Source: Folioceros fuciformis (taxonomy: Eukaryota). Taken from it: a stretch of DNA of 27,193 bases. The notes beneath the pieces were generated by a model. It saw only the letters and a list, made by a program, of their open reading frames with translations. It was not told the origin of the DNA and made no database searches. Below, piece by piece: positions 1-9,823 of this stretch. The stretch covers positions 62,001 to 89,193 of the forward strand of contig JBNGIO010006283.1 of the NCBI GenBank assembly GCA_049999805.1, in the 5' to 3' direction. Made by a program: the position numbers and the translations under genes. Each line of letters starts with the position of its first letter. Position 1 is the stretch's first letter.

Positions 1-1183
1 CGAATGCCGAAGCCTGGTCCTTCTCCTTCTGAATAACTCTTTGAAGCCGTGCAGAAAACCCAAAACTATCCATCATCAAGAACCACCTGTTTGTTAAGGG
101 GGACACAACACCAATAATGACTGCTGAGTGCAAATATGATAGGACTTCCAGGCAGAGTTATTTCAGTACGCTGGCACCCTTGCACATCCACTGCTATGAT
201 CATCTTCAATTTTCGGAGCAGCAAGTAAAGCTTCTTGAAAGCGCTCCATCATGTTCCTAGTACGGGCCCTCACTGGGGCACTAGCTACACCGCTTCTATT
301 GTCATGCTGGAATAACTGAGACACAACTGTCATTCATGAGGCAAACCTGGGCATGGCAGAAAGTACAGGGCTTCGAAAAAATTCGTCTCACCCCAACGGC
401 GCCCTCGCTGTCTGAATCAGGAGCTTCGTCAATTTGGTCGTTCAACTCCCTTCCCCGCTCCCCATGGACCTGACCATCCTCTAAACTTTCCTCGCCAACT
501 TCAACCCCTCTGTGCTGTACCACCTGAAACCGACCAGGCCCTCAGACTGTCGATGAGCGAGGGAAATTCAATTGAGAAGGAGGAAACGAGCACAGGCTAC
601 AGTACATCCTCTGCTGAAGCCAGCTCCATGATTTGCTGCGCCAAAGGCAGAGGATTTTTCCGGATGTCAGCTGCGGGGGCCTGCTTATCCCCCAACAACT
701 CCTGAAGACGCTCCGCCATGGTGCTGGCACCGGAAGACTCTTGCCCATGCTGAGCATCTGGTTCGGCACGCTGCAAATCAGACTTGGACACCACCTCGTC
801 TTCCAAAAGCCGCAGAAATTGCCTTCCCAACCCTGTTCCTCTACTGCTCTGCTCAGATGCATGTGACTGCATAGAGACCTTTCCTGCAGTCGCAAACTCT
901 AGCATTAGAGGTTCCTGGTTACGAGAACGTCTACTGCAAAGCCATCTCGGATGAAGAAAAGTAGTCCACCTTCAGATGCCTTAGGTCTAGCGCGGTTGGG
1001 TGTCTTGGAAGGTTCCATTGTGCCACGGAACGAGGCTGGTGGAATTGGGCACATTGATAGTCAACCACAGAAGAGGGAAGGAGAACACATGTGGAGTTCG
1101 GCGGAAATGGAGTGGAAATGGACTACAACCTGGTCCGGAGCCCGACTCGAGTGAACAAGGCATGCATCAGTGTGTGCCAGGAA
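1..1183 (-). CDS. Uncharacterised multi-exon protein, 3' end outside window; weak resemblance to SPIDR-like proteins
   Basis: Phase-consistent GT-AG exon chain read by hand: 1183-1130, 1035-970, 914-606, 523-392, 306-170, 86-<1. Peptide includes STMAERLQELL, NMMERFQEAL and GFSARLQRVIQKEKDQ. The two 5'-most exons and the start codon are uncertain. Confidence 0.6.
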
Positions 1184-1210
1184 CTGCAGGAGCTTTCAAA
1201 GCATCTGGGT

Positions 1211-2188
1211 TCAAGCACAGTGGAGCCACAAATTCCGAAACTGCTTGTCGTTGCTCACGTCAAATGGCGAGGGGATGTTCAGGGGACTGGGCACACTGTA
1301 GTGTGCTCGTGTAGGAGTAGGGATTTGAAGTTGACAATAGGAATCGGAAATGCCATCCTTTATTTCCAAAGAATCGAATGAACCAACAACATTCTTCTCG
1401 TATGCATGGTAGCGTACACACAAGGAACGAAGGGCGGCCGGTGGTTGTTGCATCTTGTTCAGCTTCATATCCCTCCACATTGCCTGAAACAAGAAACAGC
1501 TGGAAGATGAAGAGTTGCACACACAGAATGAAGCCACACATCACCACGACGGTGTGCTAACCTCGTAGTTGTCCCCATGCTTGGCGATTAGTCGGCTCAC
1601 ATAGACTCTTTGCATTTTGGTGAGACGCTGGAGTGGAGCGGTTCGACCATCCTTCCTCTTCTTGCCAAGGGCCGATCTCAGCTCTGCCAAACACCAACAA
1701 ATCCAGCACGCGGATAAGGCACTATATTAGGTCAAGTTCCTGGCATCCTCCCTCCCCTGCCCTCCGCTACACAAAACCCTTCCATACCGTCAGATTCCTT
1801 ATCGCTGTCATACTCTTCAGTCTCAGGCTCCGCTGACAACGGCTTTTGTAAGCTCACCAACTGCACATTCTTCCCCGACCCCGAGCGAGCACCAGTGACG
1901 TTAGGGTTGCGAACGATGCCTAAAGATCGATAATTGTCTAACACAGTGCCTTTGTCGTTCCATTCCAACCTGCAGCAGCCACAATCCCGGCTTCAGAATT
2001 GCTCCCGACCACTTACTACACGCTGTCAAAGACAGAATCAGAAGACCGTCAACAACAAAGGGCACCAACCTTTCATCAGAGCCAGGCAGGCATACTGGCT
2101 GCGGATGGAGCAGCTTGGACTTGCGCTTTTTCAAGCCAACCCGCACAACCGGTCGCGTTTTCTTGTACGATCGCCTGGACCTCGCCAT
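1211..2188 (-). CDS. NOP16: Nucleolar protein 16 (60S ribosome biogenesis)
   Basis: Exons 2188-2070, 1969-1788, 1683-1562, 1483-1211, all GT-AG and in phase. Spliced protein: MARSRRSYKKTRPVVRVGL...WNDKGTVLDNYRSLGIVRNPN...LRSALGKKRKDGRTAPLQRLTKMQRVYVSRLIAKHGDNYEAMWRDMKLNKMQ...LCVRYH, the recognisable plant Nop16 pattern. The C-terminal tail is unusually long. Confidence 0.9.
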
Positions 2189-2222
2189 GCTTGTCTCCGC
2201 AAGGCCAAAGAGCTCGCCCTCG

Positions 2223-2231
2223 TTAGGGTTT
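2223..2231 (-). promoter_or_regulatory. Telo-box (AAACCCTAA) upstream of NOP16
   Basis: TTAGGGTTT on + strand, about 35 nt upstream of the NOP16 ATG; a site-II-like GGCCCA lies at 2374-2379. Telo-box plus site II is a known combination in plant ribosome-biogenesis promoters. Confidence 0.55.
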
Positions 2232-3211
2232 GGGGTTTATGGACGTGTGAGTACACGATTGACTTCTCAAGTTCTCACCTATCTAAACGCTACGCACTTT
2301 TATAAACGAACTTTCCTGTTGGTGACAAAATCATTCCAAAAAACGAACTAAAACTGAATCATATATGTGTAACGGCCCACGTTACATAGCGTTTTACGCC
2401 ATCGTGTCAGCTCATTTTCCACAACGCACCTTTCGAGCATGCAAATGTTATCTAGACCTTCTCGCAGGGATCACTTGTTTGCCACCGAACACCAGCCGGA
2501 CAGCCGGCCTATCAGCGCTCGACGTCCATTCAAATCGGAAAGGACTTCCGGAATGTATCCGGCTGGAGGTGGACCAACTGCTGAGCATCATATCATCGCT
2601 GAATGAGGGGAAAACTCCACTGGCGCATCTGACATCTGTGAGAAGCTTTGCTTCAGGCTTTGTGTTTTGCGTGGCCGGCAAGCAGTACCTTGACCCAACG
2701 GTGGGAGGCGTGAGGATCTAATCCAGATCTCCATGCACGTTGTGACCAATTCGAGTACGCCTTTCACTGTACGTGAAGTTAGAATCGGAGAGCGGCATGC
2801 CAATTCTTGTTAGCACGTTTAAGGGATGCGGATGTACAGCCGGCTAGTTTTATTGAATCTAGGTAGGCTGATTTGAGGAAGAAGCAACAATTATGGTCCT
2901 TCCCATAGCCACCAGTTTATGCCATCCACCCTTTTCCAAAAAGTTGGTAGTAGTAGTACCAAAAATGAATTCCAAGTGAATCATTTGCTCCTGCAGGGCC
3001 GAAAGGTTGTTACACCAAAGGTTCCTAGGACAGGATGGGCGAGGAGCCTGCAAGAGGATAGAAAAACTGACCTCCAGGGAGCGTTCTTGATTGACTAGGA
3101 TGAAACTTCGGTCGTGTGGAGGCCCAACAAGACGTCAGGAGATTCCCCTGCCGAGTAAAAATCTGCTTCCCACTTTCGTAGCAGCTCCATCATTCGTCCT
3201 CTTCGCCGAGG

Positions 3212-6200
3212 TCAGGTTATAGCTTCCTGACAGGAAGCTATAGGGGCTTGTGACTTGGTTAGAGGAGCTCTTTGTTCTTTGTAAGCATGACCATCACTGG
3301 GCCTTGACCTGGACATGAAGCCATAAGCCTCCAGCAGCTTTACCAACTGATGTCGAGACAGAGGTTTTGTGAAAAAATCATCCACTCCAGCTGCCAGAAA
3401 CTGATTTCGATCGCTTTCCAGAGCGTTTCCAGTTAATCCGATGATTGGTGTTGTGATCCCCATAGCACGAAGCTGACGAGTGGCCTGCAAGTCACCATTC
3501 ACAAAAGTATAGGGTTTCCTCCTTCAGAGCACACATAAAGGCGCAGGGACGAAAGTCATAGGACGTTCATGGCGGCATTACGGGTGGAAGCAGGGGCAGA
3601 AATTGAATCTCACCTCGTGACCGTCCATGACTGGCATTTCCTTGTCGATCAGAATCATGTCGTATCTCGCTCCATTCCTACACAGTTCCAGAGCCTGCTC
3701 GCCGTTCTCCGCTGTTTCACTGTCCACGTTGAAGCTAGATAGGAGTTTGTGCAGTATCCGGCTATTGACTTGATTGTCCTCCACAACAAGGACTTTGGGG
3801 ATTCGGTCTTCCAGAGAGGCAGTCAAGGCATGACCTGAGCTACATCGGTGCATGGACCTTCCACCCACAAACCTACTAGACAGATCGAAGGTGCTCCGGC
3901 TGGTATGACGCAAATTGCCATGTGCTGCAGTCTCAGTCGATGACGGTGAGGCCAACTCCAGCGGAATAGTGCACAAGAATGTGCTTCCCCTACCTACTTC
4001 GGAATGAACTCCAATTGTACCTCCAGAAAGTTCTACGATTCTGCAGCACGCGCACGGGTGTTAGACCCGATGGTAACCCGAAATAGTCAGCACTGTGCAG
4101 TGGGCACACCATGAACATGGACTTTGGGGGGAGCTTACCTTTTAGAGAAGCATAGGCCAAGACCTGTTCCACCACCCGCTTGGGAGGAAGTAGCATGAAC
4201 CTGCATGTACGGCTCGAAGAGTCTTTTCTGATCTTCTTCACTTATGCCAATCCCAGTGTCCTCTACAGATATTGTGACTCTCACAATCGTGGCCGTCCTG
4301 TCCCCTGCTTGCTGTGTGCATGCCTCCACTTGCGTTGGCCCACCCTCATGAACCTCGGTCGCAGTGCACTCCCCTTGCGAATGCAGATTTGACAGGTCCA
4401 TCACCGCTCCCTCTGTCAACCCAGAATGTGGTTGCGTGCTCAAGCTGTTGCACTTCACACGAAGACAGACCTTCCCCCCACGCGGAGTGAACTTGGCTGC
4501 ATTGGATAGGTAGTTGGCAACGACCTGAGGCATCGACAGGAAGACTTGTCACCAACCCAAGGACTCGTTCCACCGTACACTGAGCAAAGAACCTGCGTGC
4601 ACATCTGCAAGAAGCAAAGGCACTGTAGAGGCAATCGTACCTGTCCGACACGATGCTTGTCACCAAGCACATCCCAACTTGATAGTCGTTCACGAGTTTC
4701 GTCATCTACGGATAAAGTAAACTGTATTCCCTTAGAGTCAAAAGTATCTTGAAAAGACCACACTATGGAGCTTACTAGCTCTCCCATGTTGAAAGGCTGC
4801 TTTTCCAAGTGAAGCTTTCCAGCTTCGATTTTACCTGTAGCCATTGTTACCATCAGAAGAGCATCCAGTGCTTGACAAGGATATGGAGAAATCAGAGGAG
4901 TTTGTAACTATGCACTGACCCATGTCGAGGACATCATTCAGAATGCGAATCATAGAGGACGACGAAGAGTCCATCATCTTGAGAATTTCTCGCTGCTCCT
5001 CTGAAATGTTCCCCGCTAGCATGTGGCCTATACCAAGAACCACCGCATTGAATGGCACTGCAACCAGGACAGGGGCACAACCAACTTGATTGATGCGTAG
5101 GATCGATCACACAACACAACACAACCAGGCCAGGCCGGGCACCCAAAGAGAGGTTGGTAGACAGATCAATGATGCAGGATGGCTGAGGGCCACTTCCGTA
5201 CCTCTAATCTCATGAAATATATAGCTGATGAACTGTCGCATCTTACTAACTTTGTCTGAGTTCTCTCTGTTGATGTCATCCAGCACCTTTGTCATGTGCT
5301 GGACCGCACTGTGCGCCTCCTGTTGCTGGGCAACCATCTTTCCCACGTAGGCCTGCGTGGCTTCAAATCCCGCAAACAGTTCCTTCTCGGCCCGGCTCCT
5401 TAGCAGTATAAGCGGGCATGTCGCCAGCATAGAGAAACCAGCAGTCACGTAGACGGAAGCCAGATGATCGGGAGGGAGGACTCCCGAGCTGTAGTCCTCC
5501 CACGAACAGAGCAGCAGAAACGAGGCGGGAATGAGCAAAGAGAGAGTAAAGGCAGCTTGCCATGCCATGACGGGAGCCGATGATAGAAGACAGGGCAGCC
5601 CGATCATGAGCAGCAAGTCGCGAGGCTGAATGGAGACACAACCCGCAGAACCCGTCAGTTTGCAGGATAACATAGGAGCCAGTGCTGTAACCGCTGGCAC
5701 GGCAAAAAGAAGAGGAGACACGGTTCTGCAAAGCCTTTGGCTGCCATCGTAGTCCACACAGAGACAGATGATGAGAGCTACACAAGAACAGGTTGCTAAT
5801 ATCCCCACCATTGCAAGGGCAATGCTGCGGGCTGGGTCGCGACTGTATACCACCAGCACAGCAGCAATGAGTATGGTGAATGCCCCGAGCACACAAAAAA
5901 CCTCCCCCTTCTGCCTTCTCCAAGTATACGTGCATTGATCTCGCACGCGCTCAAACTCCACATTCCGATCCAAAACTGAGGATTTCCCATCCCCCCGTCC
6001 TCTCTTTCTCTGTACATGACCTCCATCCGCAGCAGGCCCATCGAGCCGTAACGTCTGCCTCAACACTCCTTCCTTGGATTTGCCTGCACCCTCGACTCCG
6101 CCACTCCCCAATTTACACTCCTTCACCTTCACCTTCTCCTTCACCTTCTCCTTCTCCTGCCGCTGCCCCTGCTCCTGCTCCTGCGGCTGCGGCTGCGGCT

Positions 6201-6561
6201 GCGGCTCCTGGTCCGCTCCGCCACCGGAATCGTCACGGGGCAGCACACCATCCCGGCCCATATCACACTCCCCCGTACCAATTGTGGAGCCCGATTTCCC
6301 GGCCTCGGCCGCGCCACAATTGTCGTCCCCTCGACTCCAAACTCCACTCCCCGGCAAGTCCCTGTACAAGCAGGCGGTCGCTACACTCCTGCCCACCGCT
6401 GGAAAAACATCCGCCAAGGTGAATTCGGACGTGCACATTGCGCAACAGATTCGGGCGCAGCAGAAACACGCCAGATCCCGCACCACCGCCCTCAAGTTCG
6501 CAGCACCGCCAAAGACGCTGCTCACCATGTCCCCCACCCGAGCCCCCGGAAGCCAGGCCAA
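3212..6561 (-). CDS. Membrane-bound hybrid histidine kinase (multi-TM sensor, HisKA, HATPase_c, receiver)
   Basis: Exons 6561-5202, 5057-4920, 4834-4641, 4524-4139, 4040-3614, 3484-3212 splice in phase. H-box FISYIFHEIRVPFNAV, N-box QVVANYLSNAAKFT, G1 VEDTGIGI, G2 GGTGLGL, receiver VLVVEDN..DMILIDKEMPVMDG..TKPL. About 6-7 hydrophobic helices precede the H-box. Start and a possible in-frame intron in exon 1 are uncertain. Confidence 0.9.
6120..6205. repeat. Coding hexanucleotide repeats (CCTTCA/CCTTCT and CTGCGG/CTGCTC)
   Basis: Encode QPQPQPQEQEQ and KEKVKEKVKVKE in the kinase N-terminal low-complexity region. Confidence 0.8.
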
Positions 6562-6814
6562 GCCAAGCTAAGCGCCGGGCACATCCCACGTCCTGGTCCT
6601 CACACCCGCACCAGCCATGCCCGAATCCAGCTCAAAACCGTGCAATCTCATGAGACGCGTTGGTCCCCCTCAACTGTCACCGATCTGCCAATTGCGTCTT
6701 GGCTCCGGGGGCCGTGAGAGCAGCAAGGCGGGACTCCCCTGCCACCGCCCAGCGGTCAGGCGACATGACAAGCACGGAAGGTGCGCGCCTCCCGTCCCGT
6801 CTCCGGTCCTCCGT

Positions 6815-6914
6815 NNNNNNNNNNNNNNNNNNNNNNNNNNNNNNNNNNNNNNNNNNNNNNNNNNNNNNNNNNNNNNNNNNNNNNNNNNNNNNNNNNNNNN
6901 NNNNNNNNNNNNNN
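6815..6914. other. Assembly gap (100 N)
   Basis: Run of exactly 100 N; true size unknown. Confidence 0.99.
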
Positions 6915-6960
6915 GATCCGGATCCGACCTGAGCTGCTCTGCGATCCGATTGCGCCTGGC

Positions 6961-7020
6961 TCTGCTCTGCTCTACTCTGCTCTACTCAGCTCAGCTCTGT
7001 TCTGTTCTTCTCCGCTCTGC
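6961..7020. repeat. Degenerate (CTCTG)n pentanucleotide repeat
   Basis: tctgctctgctctactctgctctactcagctcagctctgttctgtt, upstream of the kinase ATG. Confidence 0.7.
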
Positions 7021-7491
7021 AGCAGCCGCGTCCAAGGAACAGGAGGAAGTCGGAGCGTCGCCCAGGCAGCCGCAGAGAGAAGATGCCCTCCCCCTTCATC
7101 CTCTCTCCACTTCTCCCATCTTTGTGACGGAATTAACAAGGCCGTAATATGGAGCTGGGGCGTAGCCTCCATGGAACGTTCCCTGTCCGCGGGCATCGGC
7201 AGTTAAGTGCTGTTACGGCCCCGTAAACGCAGCTTATCCCATGGTCAAAGGCAGGTCTCGCAAGCAACGGATAGGCCACGCCTCTTCAGCCCGAGTCGGG
7301 CTGTGGACCCCGCCGCAATCAATCCTTGCCCTCTTACAAGTGGAGTATCCCAAGTGCTTCACCGACACACTCGCTCCACCCACAACAGCCCAGCCCCAGC
7401 CCAGCCCCAGCCCAGCCCCAAACACGTCTCACAACGGTCACCATTTCTCTCCATTTCCATCAAATTATGCACATTAATTCAAATAAATGAT

Positions 7492-7582
7492 CATACATAC
7501 ATACATATATACATATATACATACATACATACATACATACATACATACATACATACATACATACATACATACATACATACAT
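7492..7582. repeat. (CATA)n tetranucleotide microsatellite
   Basis: About 90 nt of catacatac... with a few TATA variants. Confidence 0.95.
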
Positions 7583-8212
7583 GTCTCCGTCCTGGGATAG
7601 AAGAGAAAGAATTTTATTGAAGTCCACTAAGGATGGATTTTTGTCATGGGACTGAATTGTCAAACATTGAAAAGAAAAAAAAGACACTTAATAGCTATTA
7701 TGAGCATAATGCATGATACGTGAGGTTGAATTGTTGCATATGTCGTGTTCTCATCTTCCACATTTGTTTCAAACAAATTCCTATAATAATAGGATCTAGA
7801 AAACAAAAGAATCCCTTGAGTGAAAATTTTTTTCGCCGCCACTAGCCAGATAGCCGGTATATGGCTGTGGAAAACTAGCGTCCACCATCATAAGCTACAT
7901 CATCTGTCGAAATATGAATATATTTTAAATAATAAATATAAAAATAAATTAAAATAAAATTGTAACAAACTTATATGAAATGTTCTCATTCGTACGATGG
8001 TGAATAAGAATAATTCAATTCTATCACCACAATTCTCGATACCATTTAGGACAACAAGCTGCGTGCTCAAATTTGTTGTTGGCTTGGATGCGTTGTTTGT
8101 TTCTTTGCTAATTCGGATGGGCTAGCGCCGGCGATGATAATATAGGATTAACAAAGTTGTTATGTTTGTTTTATGGTACATAAGTGTGATTAAAGAGTAC
8201 CGATAGATATAT

Positions 8213-8312
8213 NNNNNNNNNNNNNNNNNNNNNNNNNNNNNNNNNNNNNNNNNNNNNNNNNNNNNNNNNNNNNNNNNNNNNNNNNNNNNNNNNNNNNNNN
8301 NNNNNNNNNNNN
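8213..8312. other. Assembly gap (100 N) hiding the 5' part of the first PPR gene
   Basis: Run of 100 N; PPR coding sequence starts in frame at the first base after it. Confidence 0.99.
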
Positions 8313-9380
8313 TTACAGAAGGGCAAGCAGCTGCACTCTCAGATCGTCGAAAGAGGACTGCTGGATAACGTAGTGCTGGGCACCTGTCTGGTGGACATGT
8401 ATGCCAAATGCGGTGAAGTGGAGGGTGCACGCCAGGTTTTTGATAGCATGAGCACCAAGAATGTGGTGACTTGGAATGCCTTGATATCTGGGTACGGTGC
8501 CTGTGATGATGGCCAGAGTGCAGTGGCTTTGTTTGAGGAAATGTTAGTTGCCGGTATTGAGCCGGATGTTGCTTCTTTTACCTGCCTTCTAGTAGCATGC
8601 AGTCATGAGGGACTAGTCCGCCAGGGTCGAAAGTACTTCGATTCCATGGCTGAGCAGTATGGCATCAAACCCACTATTGAGCATTACACGTGCATGATTG
8701 ATCTCTTTGGGCGAGCAGGCCATCTAGATGAGGCTGAGCAGATGCTACTGTCATGTGAGGGTCAACTTGATGTTGTGGGATTGACGACTTTGTTGAATGC
8801 ATGCCAAAGTCACGGGGATCTAGAGAGGGCTATGTGGTGTTTTGAACGCATTGTTAGGCTGGACCTTCAGGATTTGGCACCTGCATATGTGCTCATGGCC
8901 AAGGCCTACGCAGATGCAGGTAGGTGGGCCGATGTAGACAGGATTGAAAGACAGAGAAGGGCATCGGGAGCGTACAAGAAACCAGCTGTGGCGAGCATTG
9001 AGGTGAATAAGCAGGTACATAGATTTCTGGTGGGAGAAAGGAGAGAGGATATTTTGCTGAAGGTAGAGAGTACGAATGCGCGTGTGAAGCAGGAAGGAGG
9101 CCACGTACCTCACACGAAGTTGGTGTTGAACCCACTGGGTGAGATGAAAAAGGAAGATGCGCTTTGCGGGCATGCTGAGAAGCTGGCGTTGGCGTTTGGT
9201 CTGTTGAGCACTCCGAGTGGGGCACCTCTTGTGGTAACGAAGAATCTACGCATGTGCAGTGACTGCCACAGTTCCACGGAGATCATGTCAAAGCTTGAAC
9301 AGAGAAGCATCGTCGTGAGGGATGGGTATCGGGTTCATCGATTCGCAAATGGCTGTTGCAGTTGTAACGGTCGACCGTGA
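8313..9380 (+). CDS. PLS-class PPR protein, DYW:KP (GRP-type) domain; copy 1, 5' end in gap
   Basis: Open from the gap edge: partial L, S, P2-L2-S2, E1, E2, KKPAVASIEV (KP box), HAEKLA, CSDCH, terminal CSCNGRP. Confidence 0.92.
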   Translation, partial: LQKGKQLHSQIVERGLLDNVVLGTCLVDMYAKCGEVEGARQVFDSMSTKNVVTWNALISGYGACDDGQSAVALFEEMLVAGIEPDVASFTCLLVACSHEGLVRQGRKYFDSMAEQYGIKPTIEHYTCMIDLFGRAGHLDEAEQMLLSCEGQLDVVGLTTLLNACQSHGDLERAMWCFERIVRLDLQDLAPAYVLMAKAYADAGRWADVDRIERQRRASGAYKKPAVASIEVNKQVHRFLVGERREDILLKVESTNARVKQEGGHVPHTKLVLNPLGEMKKEDALCGHAEKLALAFGLLSTPSGAPLVVTKNLRMCSDCHSSTEIMSKLEQRSIVVRDGYRVHRFANGCCSCNGRP

Positions 9381-9823
9381 GAAAAATGGAGAACGAGCGA
9401 GTGCTCAAATGTCTAGGCGCCAGAGAATATTTCTTGTGGGGCCAATACGGTCGGTGAGGAGCTTCATTCCTGTCCAAATGGATCCATGGACATGGATCGC
9501 TAACAGTGATTCCCGTCTCAGCACAATAGAGACAATTAAAACGACAGACACAGCAGAGACGGTCAGAATCAAAAGAGTCTCTCTTCTTCAGGACTGAAGA
9601 AATTGCCAAATGATTCACTCAATAGAGCGGTATTAATGCTTGGGATACCAGTCCGTCGGGGTTCAAAACTTCAACACCATGTCGAACTGTTTGGTCCGCG
9701 CTCAAAATGTACGTGGAAGACCGTGTCCAGTATACTTCAGGGTGGTATGATCCTGCACAGTGCCCGGGCATCCTGATGCCATGGTCTGTTGTCAGGCTAT
9801 CTTGCGACAGTGGTCCCTAAACG

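Noticed and set aside
2365-3053. Short ORFs between NOP16 and the kinase
   Set aside because: No recognisable domain or convincing exon chain; likely promoter or 3' UTR.
5880-6571. Pro/Ala/Cys-rich plus-strand ORFs
   Set aside because: Antisense to kinase exon 1 and explained by hexanucleotide repeats and high GC.
7207-7687. ORFs with YIHT/MYVC repeats
   Set aside because: Translation of the (CATA)n microsatellite.
7833-8134. 15-nt imperfect inverted repeat (13/15) around an AT-rich stretch, possible MITE
   Set aside because: Short, no clear target-site duplication, and copy number cannot be assessed.
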